Origin: Escherichia phage vB_EcoM_Skers
Length of the DNA stretch: 64,000 nt
Direction: 5' to 3' (one strand)
Sequence record: MW748999.1
Under the pieces are notes generated by a model that had not been told where the DNA came from, ran no database searches, and saw only the letters and a program-made list of their open reading frames with translations. Shown here in pieces: positions 35,092-44,860 of this stretch. Made by a program: the position numbers and the translations under genes. Within the stretch, counting starts at the first letter, position 1; each line of letters opens with the position of its first letter.

Positions 35092-36066
35092 TTACATCGC
35101 TAACAGAGAATCCAGGTCATCCAGATCAGAAGCGGAGGAAGTACCGCCACCCAGATCCAGAGATGCCATCAGGTCATCAGCGGAAGAATCTAACGCCGTG
35201 CTAGCTGCGTTAATACCAACTACAGTGCTAGCTGCGGTCATACCAGAATCGAATGCATTCATCTGTGCGTCAAAATCGTCAAGCTGGCTGTTAATCGCTG
35301 CCGCAGCACTGGAAGCCGCAGCACCAGCTACCATAGAAACGCCCATAGTTTTCTTAAATTTGGTTTCCAGTTCATCGAACGGTTTAAACTGGCTAGGCGC
35401 TACAATCTCACTCAGATCAACCATGTTTTCCATCAGATATTTCTGATATGCTTCGTCTTCAATTTTCGGAAGCTGTGATTGCTGCATGAAACGAGAATCA
35501 TCATAGTTCTGGTGTTTATCAACCTTCTTAGCTTTCAGGAGGAAGTTAGCACCAGAGAACACACAAGTTACATCGACCGGAACTTCGCCCATATCGGTAT
35601 TCACGTTCACCATTGCAACGATCTTATCATAAATTTTCTGACCGAAGCGGAATTTGAATACCTTACCTTCATTTTCTGGTGCTTGAGGATCTTTCAGTAC
35701 CAGAATGTTTGCGTAGTAAGACGCTTTACGCTTAATCAGTTGCCATTCGGTTTTATCGGTATTGTACAAGTCTTTTTCGTTAATATATTTGCACACAGGG
35801 CAAGAATCAAAATCACCGTGGGTGCTGGAGCAGTTTTCCCAATACCATTTGCCATTAACTTTGAAGGAATGGTTTACCAGTTTCACAATCGGCAGACCGT
35901 CTTCTGTCTTAGACGGCAGGAAGCGAATCAGGGCTTCACCGTTACCTGCTGCATCAGTCTTAATCTTCCACTCTTTCGGATCTTCTTTGGAGAAACCGTT
36001 GCCACCTTTCAGTGCGGCCAGTTGAGCTTGCAATTTGGAGCTATCTTGACGACGAAACATGTTCAT
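35092..36066 (-). CDS. 32: Single-stranded DNA-binding protein gp32
   Basis: Strong match to recalled T4 gp32 (LPSK, NGKWY, CSSTHGD.DSCPVC zinc site, acidic C-tail). Confidence 0.92.
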   Translation of the reverse strand: MNMFRRQDSSKLQAQLAALKGGNGFSKEDPKEWKIKTDAAGNGEALIRFLPSKTEDGLPIVKLVNHSFKVNGKWYWENCSSTHGDFDSCPVCKYINEKDLYNTDKTEWQLIKRKASYYANILVLKDPQAPENEGKVFKFRFGQKIYDKIVAMVNVNTDMGEVPVDVTCVFSGANFLLKAKKVDKHQNYDDSRFMQQSQLPKIEDEAYQKYLMENMVDLSEIVAPSQFKPFDELETKFKKTMGVSMVAGAAASSAAAAINSQLDDFDAQMNAFDSGMTAASTVVGINAASTALDSSADDLMASLDLGGGTSSASDLDDLDSLLAM

Positions 36067-36126
36067 AATTATACCTCTTTATACATTAACTATTGATTAA
36101 TTTACGTTTTATACTATATCAGATAC

Positions 36127-36723
36127 TTAATTGCTTGTCAATACTTTATCAATTATATCTAACAGTTTTGGCTTTCTATTTTCAAATTCTAACATCTCTT
36201 CGGGAGAAATGTCAACTACTTCTGTTTTGTTGAAAAAGTTTGGGTCTATAGCATCAGCAACAAAGTTTCTCGCAAGTGCTGCCGCTTTCTCATGAACATA
36301 TATTCCCAAATATATCAACTTCTTTCTTTCGACCTGAATATTGGCAACATATTTACCATCTCGTTTATAAAGACTAACACCGATATATTCAGACGATCGA
36401 CCTTTCTGTTTACCCATATTTCTTGAGTTTTGTTGCTCGTTCGCATCTCTCAAGTTTTCAATCCGATTATCTGTTATAATTCGGTTAACATGGTCAACGT
36501 ATTTTGGCATGTATCCATGATGCATAAAGAAAATTATTCTATGCTCTTTATGATGTTTACCATCGATACACACCAATCTGTATCCATGACTAGGATTAAC
36601 TCCACCCGCTCTAGATCCGACTTTATGCTTTCGGTTTGTCGATATCTTGCGAATCAGCTTACCGTTATCATATTTAAAGAGTTCATGACAACGAGCATAC
36701 AATTCAGGATCATATGTTTTCAC
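36127..36723 (-). CDS. HNH homing endonuclease with AP2 DNA-binding domain
   Basis: HNH motif HHGYMPKYVDHVNRIITDNRIENLR; AP2-like SEYIGVSLYKRDGKYVANIQV; inserted between genes 59 and 32. Confidence 0.75.
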   Translation of the reverse strand: MKTYDPELYARCHELFKYDNGKLIRKISTNRKHKVGSRAGGVNPSHGYRLVCIDGKHHKEHRIIFFMHHGYMPKYVDHVNRIITDNRIENLRDANEQQNSRNMGKQKGRSSEYIGVSLYKRDGKYVANIQVERKKLIYLGIYVHEKAAALARNFVADAIDPNFFNKTEVVDISPEEMLEFENRKPKLLDIIDKVLTSN

Positions 36724-37387
36724 CTTTTAACCTCGATATTTCTTTACACTCTTTAACTACTTTAACAAATAATGCTCTTGCTTTTGCGGCGTCAATAACA
36801 AGTAGTTTCTTGTACGCCTTCATTTTAACACTATAAGTTTGCCAAATCAAGTCTTTGGCTACCTTGTCGTGTTCGTCGATTATATTTAGAAAGCTATCTA
36901 ACAACATAAACGACTCAAACGATATAATCCGATTTTGCAGTAGTTTAAAAATACCGCTTGTTTCGGTTGCGGGATTATATGTAATTAGCTCTTTAAGAGT
37001 AACCCCGCGTTTCTCGGAGAAGTATACCAGACTTTTAATGTCATCGTCAAATCTTGTTGCTGCATCGGTTATCTTTCCTATGTATTCCATATAAAAGCCG
37101 TATGCGTCAACATCAGTGATTTCACCTACCCATGCATCGGTATTGGCTACCAGATTGCTTAGGAATAGGAAGTATAATTCTCTTAGATTGTATTTTTCCG
37201 CTAATTTCGCGAAATAATACTTATCTCTGCGTTTATTGAATGCGGCATCAGATAACCGCATCCTCCAATTATATTTTACGCAATCATAACGCCCGTTCAT
37301 ATGAGCTTTCATCATGCAATATAACATATACACAGATTTAGCATTAATTCGCATATCTGGATCTGGAGGAAGACGGTTTCTGATCAT
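36710..37387 (-). CDS. 59: Helicase loader gp59
   Basis: KSVYMLYCMMKAHMNGRYDCVKYNWRMRLSDAAFNKRRDKYYF matches recalled T4 gp59. Confidence 0.9.
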   Translation of the reverse strand: MIRNRLPPDPDMRINAKSVYMLYCMMKAHMNGRYDCVKYNWRMRLSDAAFNKRRDKYYFAKLAEKYNLRELYFLFLSNLVANTDAWVGEITDVDAYGFYMEYIGKITDAATRFDDDIKSLVYFSEKRGVTLKELITYNPATETSGIFKLLQNRIISFESFMLLDSFLNIIDEHDKVAKDLIWQTYSVKMKAYKKLLVIDAAKARALFVKVVKECKEISRLKGENI

Positions 37388-37396
37388 ACATACCCC

Positions 37397-37666
37397 TTAA
37401 ATATCGAGAGTGTTGGTCGGTTCGTCGATCACTCCCTTCCTGAGTGTTCTATTTACTATACATTCTTGTGTGATCTTGTCAATAATGGACACCGGAATAT
37501 ACTTCTGATAGTGACCATATTCTATAGAGTTTTCCTCTACAAACTGAGTGGTCGCTTCAAGATAAGTCAATCCCTCTTCAACAACCAGTTTTTCGATTGC
37601 AAGACCGTTTGCTGTTTTGTTCGCGGCTTTTACCGCATGTTCATTAAGCATTGAACACCCGATCAT
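37397..37666 (-). CDS. 33: Late transcription co-activator gp33
   Basis: IEKLVVEEGLTYLEATTQFVEENSI matches recalled T4 gp33. Confidence 0.85.
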   Translation of the reverse strand: MIGCSMLNEHAVKAANKTANGLAIEKLVVEEGLTYLEATTQFVEENSIEYGHYQKYIPVSIIDKITQECIVNRTLRKGVIDEPTNTLDI

Positions 37667-37919
37667 AGAGTTCTACCGCTTCATCGCGTTCTGCTTCGAA
37701 GGTTTCGCGCTGTTGCTGGTGATACAGTTTAAACAGAATGCCCCACATTTTACCATCTACGCCTAATTCTTCTTTAGCACGCTGTTTGATCTCTTTGATC
37801 TTATCGCCATATGCTTCTTGAATGGTTTTCTGATCGCTGGCTTCTTTAATCAGTTGTGCCAGGGTATTTCCGTGTACATTTTCATCGAATACTACTTTTT
37901 CTTTTTTCTGTTCAGTCAT
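37644..37919 (-). CDS. dsbA: dsDNA-binding protein DsbA
   Basis: FDENVHGNTLAQLIKEASD ... ELGVDGKM ... ELYDRVF matches recalled T4 DsbA. Confidence 0.85.
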   Translation of the reverse strand: MTEQKKEKVVFDENVHGNTLAQLIKEASDQKTIQEAYGDKIKEIKQRAKEELGVDGKMWGILFKLYHQQQRETFEAERDEAVELYDRVFNA

Positions 37920-37924
37920 AATAT

Positions 37925-38524
37925 TTAACCCTCTTTCGTCATTAATTGAAAACCACGTTCAGCTTTTGAAATTTCGCTAGGACTTAAATCGTCACCAACA
38001 TATCCTAGCATCATTTCTCGGATAATGTCAAGTGCTTTTTCATCACCTGATTTTAACTCGAACTCAAGTTCATAATTCGCGCTTGTGTTGATATATCTAC
38101 CTATTCCTGCATAATTAAATGCATCGGTGCATATTTCAACTACGCCTATACCAGTATCAATTGTTCGAGCTACTCTAGCTGTCATAACATAAAATTGCGG
38201 TCTAAGTTGTGTTAAGTTAACACCCAAACAATTAACAAATTCAGAAAAATCTTGATAACTACAAAACACTATTTCTTCTCGGTTAAATAAACCGCTTTCG
38301 TGACTTCCATGTTTTATTAGAAATTTATTTGTCTTTTTGTCAAGACGTGCATACACTCCCTGTTTATGTAAAATATATTCTTCGTCATCATAATACGATT
38401 CTAGCTTATTATAGATTTTTCTGTCTACAATACTATAACAATCATATAACTTAGAACATGCGTCAAAAATAGACTTAAGCCCTTTGTTTGACCTTGCATA
38501 GTATTTTAATTCAAGTTCTTTCAT
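37925..38524 (-). CDS. CYTH-like (triphosphate tunnel metalloenzyme) domain protein
   Basis: N-terminal ELELKY (ExExK) and C-terminal ELEFEL acidic strand motif; about 199 aa, typical CYTH size. Confidence 0.45.
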   Translation of the reverse strand: MKELELKYYARSNKGLKSIFDACSKLYDCYSIVDRKIYNKLESYYDDEEYILHKQGVYARLDKKTNKFLIKHGSHESGLFNREEIVFCSYQDFSEFVNCLGVNLTQLRPQFYVMTARVARTIDTGIGVVEICTDAFNYAGIGRYINTSANYELEFELKSGDEKALDIIREMMLGYVGDDLSPSEISKAERGFQLMTKEG

Positions 38525-38534
38525 ATGTCAACCC

Positions 38535-39482
38535 TTAGAACTCACCAATTTTCTGCAACATTTTAACTAACGCATTTGTTACAAAATAGTTATAAATCTT
38601 ACCGCGTGGTGCTGGTTTAGATTTCTCCCATGACTCCAGGATCTGATTCTGGATATTGTCTGGGATCTCGTCAAAGTCAATCAACTGACGGTTTTCATCA
38701 AATCGACGTGCTTCTTCCTCTGTCATCAAAGACTTTGGATCTTCGGCATCGAAAATTTGCTCTAACCATTTGGTTGCAATTGGTTTAGCTCGTTCTCCTT
38801 CCAGTCGTGAGATAATGAAATCACTACGGCACTTGATCGAAGCTACACCGTCTTTTGCGTCACCCTTAACACATTTTACCATAAGGTCTTTGTAAGGGCT
38901 ACCATATTTGCATTTCTTCCATGCTTTCTGTACTGGCGCCCACTGTTTCACGTTTTTGTATTTGTGCAACTGTGTGTAGTCACCATCGCCGGAGTTGATT
39001 AGCACCTGGCGACCTTCTACAGAAAACTTTTTAGTTAACACAGCGATTATATCATCCGCTTCAACTTTGTCAACCTTAATAACGTGATAAGGCATGTTCT
39101 CTTTAAACTCTTCGGTGATCTTATTGATCGCAGCAAAGATCATCTCCCAATCACGCGGATCTGCGTCTCGTTTTTCCTTACGGTTGCGTTTATAGTAAGG
39201 GGCGATATCACGTCGCCAGTAACCTTTGCTTGAATCAAAGGCAAGTACCGTAATTGGGTATTGCTCTTTGAATTTTGTCATATTATAACGCATGGTGTCA
39301 AGAATAAGATGACGGATCATGCCTTCACTAATAGGGTCTTCCGGTTTAAAGGTATGCGAGATAGTAGCAATCATAAGCTGCGACATATCAATCAAATGCA
39401 CACCTTCCGGCAGTTTATCTTCTGGAGCATCGAAGAAATCATTAAGTGTAGCGGTAGTTTTTGTAAACGGGTTATACGTCAT
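38535..39482 (-). CDS. rnh: RNase H (5'-3' exonuclease / flap endonuclease)
   Basis: YWRRD.APYYKRNR, KYPNVKQW-like, DFIISRLEGER and PRGKIYNYF match recalled T4 RNase H. Confidence 0.9.
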   Translation of the reverse strand: MTYNPFTKTTATLNDFFDAPEDKLPEGVHLIDMSQLMIATISHTFKPEDPISEGMIRHLILDTMRYNMTKFKEQYPITVLAFDSSKGYWRRDIAPYYKRNRKEKRDADPRDWEMIFAAINKITEEFKENMPYHVIKVDKVEADDIIAVLTKKFSVEGRQVLINSGDGDYTQLHKYKNVKQWAPVQKAWKKCKYGSPYKDLMVKCVKGDAKDGVASIKCRSDFIISRLEGERAKPIATKWLEQIFDAEDPKSLMTEEEARRFDENRQLIDFDEIPDNIQNQILESWEKSKPAPRGKIYNYFVTNALVKMLQKIGEF

Positions 39483-39484
39483 AA

Positions 39485-39670
39485 TTAAGTTCTCTCCACT
39501 CTCACAACAACAGACTCATCAAACGAGCTAGATACTTCACGATCATACCCGTATTTCTCCATAACTCGCAGAATTGCATTGTTTAATTCGGCACGGAAAT
39601 AATTGTAATCCTTATCTGGGATTCTGTCAACTACCCATTTTGCACCATCTGACAAATCAAATTTAACCAT
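39485..39670 (-). CDS. Hypothetical protein (61 aa)
   Basis: ORF between rnh and gene 34. Confidence 0.5.
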   Translation of the reverse strand: MVKFDLSDGAKWVVDRIPDKDYNYFRAELNNAILRVMEKYGYDREVSSSFDESVVVRVERT

Positions 39671-39708
39671 AATATATCATCCTCTTTTGTTTCTATCAAG
39701 CCTTATTT

Positions 39709-39716
39709 TATAAATA
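39709..39716 (+). promoter_or_regulatory. T4-type late promoter (TATAAATA) for gene 34
   Basis: Exact TATAAATA about 28 nt upstream of gene 34 ATG. Confidence 0.6.
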
Positions 39717-39744
39717 TGAACATACTATAAAAGGAGACCCAATA

Positions 39745-42700
39745 ATGGCAGATTTTTCTCAACATTTCAAGGCCACATTTGGCTTTGATGCTGGTAATGA
39801 AAAGGTCGTCAATGTAGCATTGGCTGATAAGAATGTCAACACCGATGCGGTCAACGTTGAATTTTTCAATTACCATAATGGTATTACTCAGTATGACACA
39901 ACTCGCGGTTATGATCAATACGGAACTACAATCTATCAAAACCGCCCGTATTATGCAAAAGAAGATATCGCAAAACCAGCAGGTGACTTTGACCCGACTA
40001 AATGGCAAGCACTGCGCACGGACCCACGTTGGGATTATGTTGCAGCAACTTCCGGCGATACTCCTTTAAAGTCCGGTGATTATATCGCAGCGGACTGTCA
40101 GTTTGCAAACTTGACATTCTCAATGCCTACTAATCCGGCAGAGGGCGACACTATAACAGTAAAAGATATCGGTGGCAAGTGCGGTGTTAATGAGTTATCG
40201 TTCCTTGCGGCTGGTCATGAGTTCTATCATAACGGTGTGGTAAACAACCGCAAATGGTATTGTACTACCCCTTATGCAATGAACTACTTCATTTTTGCTC
40301 GCAATCGCTGGCACGTTTACCAGACGGGAACGGAGCCACGCGGGGTATATGCACAGCCATCTATTGATCCGATCCAGATGCAAAACGGTGATCAGGTATT
40401 CCGCCGTAGTTCTTTGGGTAACATTGTTTTGATGCTTCCTAAGTTTGCTAATAACGGTGATATGATCCAGACTACCGATCTTGACGGATTGACTGCAACC
40501 AACCATGTTACGGTAAAAGTGCATGAAGGTGCGCAAGAACAATCGATCGGTACTTTCGGGGTAAAAGAAATTGTTGGTAAGCGTAGCGGTCATGGTGTAT
40601 TCATCTTTGACAAACCGGAAAACTTATGGCGTTTGTGGGATGGCGATCAGTCTGTTCGCTTGAATCCTATCATTAGTGATACTCGCTTATCCCCTAATAG
40701 CTATGTTGCTGTATTTGGTGATCGTGATGTTACCTTGACTTTACCGACCAATGTCGAGCCGGGTGATCGTATTCAAGTTTCTATGCAGTATATGCACGGA
40801 AACCAGACTTGCCGAATCATTACCTCAGAAGAGGATACAAAAATCCTTATGCAGAAAAACATGGTTCAGTTTCCTAAGCGTAGCGAGTACCCATTCAATG
40901 GGACCGATACATGGACGGGAGTGTCTGAATTGTCTTTCAACGCTGCAAATGATTATGTACCTTATCTGGAGTTCTCTTATTCAGAAGGTGATGATGGTAA
41001 GAAATACTGGTTGGTGGCACATGCTCACCCGATTGTAGAACGAGTAGATCCGACTCGTAAAGATCGTGTTGGTGTAATTGCACTGGCTACCCAGGATGAA
41101 ACAAACAAAAACCATGAAGATAATCCTAGCGACGAAGTTGCGGTGACTCCAAAGGTTCTGGCTAACAAAACAGCCAACGAAACTCGACGCGGTATTGCTC
41201 GCATTGCAACTCAAGCGGAAACGCATCAAGATACTGGTTCCAGCTTCCTGGATGATGTTATCGTTACACCTAAAAAGTTAAATGACTGTGTTGCTACCGA
41301 AGACCGTCGTGGTGTGATGGAAATTGCAACTCAACATGAAACAAACGAAGGTTTAGACGATACCCGCGCAATCACTCCTAAGAAGTTAGAAGAACGTCGC
41401 GCGTCCGAGGATCTTGCTGGTATCGCTGAAATTGTTCAGGTAGGCGGTAATGCTGCCGCTCTAAGGGGTGAAGCTGGTACAGGGATCTATAATATCAATG
41501 ACCATGCTAAAATTGTTACACCGCAAAACATCAACGAAGTTAAGGCGACCGAAACTTCCCGTGGTGTTGGGTATCTGGCGACGGATGAGGAAGTTCAAGG
41601 GGCGACTGAATCAACCCCACAAGATGCATTGCTTATCACTACTCGCACGTTAACCAAGCGTACTGCCACCGAATCCCGTACTGGTATCGCTGAAATTGCT
41701 ACGCAGGAAGAAACTAACTTAGGCCAAAGTGACAACCATATCATCACGCCTAAAAAGCTACATACTCGCCGCGCAACGGAAACTTTACACGGTTTAGCAG
41801 AAATTGCAACTCAGTCTGAATTTGACGCAGGTCGTGACGATGCTCGCATTTCTACCCCATTGAAGATTAAAACCTTCTTTGAGAATGCACAGCGTTTGAA
41901 AGTAGATCCGACTCAGGGGCTTAACCTTACTGGTGATTTGTGGCAAGGTATCATGATCAGCGGTCTTGATGCAACCGAAGATACAAAAGGTGTCGCGAAA
42001 GTTGCAACTACTCAGCTTACAGACGCAGGAGAAGATGACGCTACGATCATTACTCCTAAAAAGCTGCAAGGCAAAAAGGCCACCGAAGGTAAAGAAGGTA
42101 TTATCCGAGTTGGTACTCAAGACGAAACCGTAGCTGGTACTATGGACAATGTAGCAATTTCTCCGAAGAACTTCAAATATGTTGTTCAGACAGAGGATAC
42201 ATGGAAAGCAACCGAATCGCGTCGCGGATTCCTGAAAGTAGCAACACAAGAAAACTGTTTTGTTGGTGACAATCTGCAAGGTTCTACTCAAGATCTTGAT
42301 AACTATCAGCATGACGGGATTGCGGTAACTCCGAAAGGATTAAACTACGCACTTGCTAATTTCTTACCTAAGATGGCAACCGCTCAGAATAGTTTGAAAT
42401 TGGGTAACGTAGAGGCCGCTAAATGGGCGCGTAGAGACATTGACCAGACCATAGAGAGCAATTACACGTTTAATAAAAACGTTAACGTGAAGGGCGATTT
42501 AGAGTGCTTAAAATCAGGTTCCTTTGAAACTCTGTCTGTGACTAAGAACTCTACTGATGATCCGAGTAATGGTCATCTGGTGTTGGGTGAGCGTGGAGTT
42601 GACGGTCACACCGGAATTACTCTGCATGGCACAACCGCATCGGAAGGCATGGAAAACTCATGGTCTATTATCGTTGGTGGCACTGGAACATCTCAAGTTG

Positions 42701-43485
42701 TTGATAGTAATGCTATCGCTTTCGGTAAAATCAATGATGGTGGAGTCGTCGAGCATTACGCCTTTGCTATGGAACACAATGGCGACGCGACAGCATATAG
42801 AGACTTTATTGCAGGTCGTAACCTGTATGCGAAACAAGGCGGTTTATACATTGTTGATCAGTCTAATCCGGCGATGACTCGCTCAGAAGACGGTATGTTG
42901 AATATCGGGCACGGTGGAAGTGTTAACATCAAAGCAGGTTATCAGACGCTTACTACAGAGATTGCCGGACAGAAATATCAGATCGTCCACGCAGGAAACG
43001 CAGACGAAGTTCTTAATCGTCAGTTTGTTAAGAATGCTGGCGATACGATGACCGGAAAGCTGATGATGGATAATGCGTCTATTGTATCAGTTAAGCATGA
43101 AGCGATCGCTACTACTGCGCCAGCAATTGGTAACATTGGCTTCTGGAACATGCGAGTAACTACCCAAAACATCAAAGAAACCTACCCAGAAAAGAAAAAT
43201 GGTACATTGATGCAATGGGGTACTGATGAAAACGGCCTTACCCAAATCTGGTCGCCTGATGGTACTCATAAGCATTATATCCGTTCTGGTACAGATGGTC
43301 AATGGACCGCATGGGGCGAAATTTACACCAAACAGAACAAGCCTACCGCTCAGGAAATCGGGGCAGTGGTTGCCGAAGGTGGTTTGATGAACTCTATGAC
43401 GGTTCGTGATTGGATCAAAGTTGGTAATGTTAAAATCATCGCCAATAATCTGACTCGTACCGTAGACTTTATCTGGGAAGACTAA
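39745..43485 (+). CDS. 34: Long tail fibre proximal subunit gp34
   Basis: 1246 aa; N-terminus and repeated ATQ.ETN.G..D...I(T/S)PKKL units match recalled T4 gp34. Confidence 0.92.
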   Translation: MADFSQHFKATFGFDAGNEKVVNVALADKNVNTDAVNVEFFNYHNGITQYDTTRGYDQYGTTIYQNRPYYAKEDIAKPAGDFDPTKWQALRTDPRWDYVAATSGDTPLKSGDYIAADCQFANLTFSMPTNPAEGDTITVKDIGGKCGVNELSFLAAGHEFYHNGVVNNRKWYCTTPYAMNYFIFARNRWHVYQTGTEPRGVYAQPSIDPIQMQNGDQVFRRSSLGNIVLMLPKFANNGDMIQTTDLDGLTATNHVTVKVHEGAQEQSIGTFGVKEIVGKRSGHGVFIFDKPENLWRLWDGDQSVRLNPIISDTRLSPNSYVAVFGDRDVTLTLPTNVEPGDRIQVSMQYMHGNQTCRIITSEEDTKILMQKNMVQFPKRSEYPFNGTDTWTGVSELSFNAANDYVPYLEFSYSEGDDGKKYWLVAHAHPIVERVDPTRKDRVGVIALATQDETNKNHEDNPSDEVAVTPKVLANKTANETRRGIARIATQAETHQDTGSSFLDDVIVTPKKLNDCVATEDRRGVMEIATQHETNEGLDDTRAITPKKLEERRASEDLAGIAEIVQVGGNAAALRGEAGTGIYNINDHAKIVTPQNINEVKATETSRGVGYLATDEEVQGATESTPQDALLITTRTLTKRTATESRTGIAEIATQEETNLGQSDNHIITPKKLHTRRATETLHGLAEIATQSEFDAGRDDARISTPLKIKTFFENAQRLKVDPTQGLNLTGDLWQGIMISGLDATEDTKGVAKVATTQLTDAGEDDATIITPKKLQGKKATEGKEGIIRVGTQDETVAGTMDNVAISPKNFKYVVQTEDTWKATESRRGFLKVATQENCFVGDNLQGSTQDLDNYQHDGIAVTPKGLNYALANFLPKMATAQNSLKLGNVEAAKWARRDIDQTIESNYTFNKNVNVKGDLECLKSGSFETLSVTKNSTDDPSNGHLVLGERGVDGHTGITLHGTTASEGMENSWSIIVGGTGTSQVVDSNAIAFGKINDGGVVEHYAFAMEHNGDATAYRDFIAGRNLYAKQGGLYIVDQSNPAMTRSEDGMLNIGHGGSVNIKAGYQTLTTEIAGQKYQIVHAGNADEVLNRQFVKNAGDTMTGKLMMDNASIVSVKHEAIATTAPAIGNIGFWNMRVTTQNIKETYPEKKNGTLMQWGTDENGLTQIWSPDGTHKHYIRSGTDGQWTAWGEIYTKQNKPTAQEIGAVVAEGGLMNSMTVRDWIKVGNVKIIANNLTRTVDFIWED

Positions 43486-43518
43486 TTAAAGGGGGCTAAA
43501 GCCCCCTATGGGGTTATT

Positions 43519-44658
43519 ATGACACAAGAGATAGAATTACGCAATACTGGAATTAAGTTTGCGCATTTCGACGAAGACTCCGCGACATTTACAAGCATTT
43601 CAGAAAACAACTCTGTGATGTATAAGCTGGAAGTGCGCGGATCTAATGCAGATTCTACCAAACCAGCAAGGATTAGATTTAATGGAGCGGAGATCGTTGG
43701 TACTGGCTATGAAAATGGCCTAAATTTTAAAGTTCTTACTCCAACTGGACAACTACACGAAGAAAAGGTATTCTATGGTCGCGGTGCTGTTTTGGCAATG
43801 CGTGATTATCTTTCTTTGCTGAAAGGTGACTATATCATTGCGATGGCAACGCATGGAGAATTGTTTGCAGATCCGATAAGTGATGTTGTATTTTCTAAGA
43901 TGGGATCTGTATCATTCCCGAATCACATTTTGTTACAGCAAATGCCTCGTGTATCCTATGCAGCAATTTATTCTACTAAAATGGGTAAAATTGTGTGTGA
44001 AGGGATGCAAGCAACGAACGGGGAAGGTCAAGATTCGTCTATACAGATCGAGAAAGTTTATGATACTATAGACGATCTTGCAATAACAGGAACACCACAA
44101 CGATTTTTAGATTATCCGGTTGAGTATGTTAGCGAAGATGCCGAACATTTCGAGCTAATACAATGGCCTCATGATGAGATCAGCGCACCACTTGAATATT
44201 TTAACATAAAGGCAGGTGACAAACTATCAATATCCTTTGAATTGTTCCGTGATAGTGCCGCAGCCGCAGCCAACGTAACAGCGCGTTTCTATCACAACTA
44301 CTTCACTGATGGACAATATCAAACTGGCGTTCGTTATAATGCCAGCCAGAAAGATCAATGGGAAAAGTTTGAAGCCGTCTATACCGTACCGGAAGGAGTT
44401 GATAGTGTTACCACTGGTTGTATCAGATATCCAACCAACTCAAATGAAGGTATTGTTAAAATTAGAAACATACTAATAACGCCGATCAGTGGAGTCGTCA
44501 AAACTACTGGTCCTACTTCATTTGGTGTTAATGGTGTTAGAACAACTCATATTCAGGATAACGGTGATTTTACTAACCCTGTAATGAGTCTTCTTAAACT
44601 ACCAAGAGACAATAAACATATCACATCCAACAACTTTAAAGAGTTTGATGTTGATTAA
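43519..44658 (+). CDS. 35: Long tail fibre hinge protein gp35
   Basis: 379 aa (T4 gp35 is 372 aa); position between 34 and 36. Confidence 0.75.
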   Translation: MTQEIELRNTGIKFAHFDEDSATFTSISENNSVMYKLEVRGSNADSTKPARIRFNGAEIVGTGYENGLNFKVLTPTGQLHEEKVFYGRGAVLAMRDYLSLLKGDYIIAMATHGELFADPISDVVFSKMGSVSFPNHILLQQMPRVSYAAIYSTKMGKIVCEGMQATNGEGQDSSIQIEKVYDTIDDLAITGTPQRFLDYPVEYVSEDAEHFELIQWPHDEISAPLEYFNIKAGDKLSISFELFRDSAAAAANVTARFYHNYFTDGQYQTGVRYNASQKDQWEKFEAVYTVPEGVDSVTTGCIRYPTNSNEGIVKIRNILITPISGVVKTTGPTSFGVNGVRTTHIQDNGDFTNPVMSLLKLPRDNKHITSNNFKEFDVD

Positions 44659-44668
44659 CATTTTTAAC

Positions 44669-44699
44669 AAGCCGATCCTCGTGGTCGGCTTTATTTTTA
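44669..44699 (+). terminator. Intrinsic terminator after gene 35
   Basis: AAGCCGATCCtcgtGGTCGGCTT followed by TATTTTTAT. Confidence 0.7.
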
Positions 44700-44819
44700 T
44701 ACAGTTGGTTAAAACATAACCAAAACGAAGAAAGATCTTTAGAATAATAGAAAATTTGTTTCGGTTAAAAAGTAGTCAGTGCCTCCGGCACGTCGCAAAG
44801 CGATATTTTGTTAACATTC

Positions 44820-44827
44820 TATAAATA
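44820..44827 (+). promoter_or_regulatory. T4-type late promoter (TATAAATA) for gene 36
   Basis: Exact TATAAATA about 33 nt upstream of gene 36 ATG. Confidence 0.6.
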
Positions 44828-44860
44828 CTCGGAACTATAACTAATTTTTGAGGTTACTTT

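Noticed and set aside
35479-36096. 205-aa plus-strand ORF
   Set aside because: Antisense to gene 32, whose product matches T4 gp32 closely; shadow ORF.
40195-42312. Several minus-strand ORFs (132, 82 and 172 aa)
   Set aside because: All are antisense within gene 34, which has strong protein-level support.
44700-44860. Hidden small gene or RNA in the 160-bp gap before gene 36
   Set aside because: No ORF with SD; the gap holds the gene 35 terminator and a TATAAATA late promoter, which explains it.
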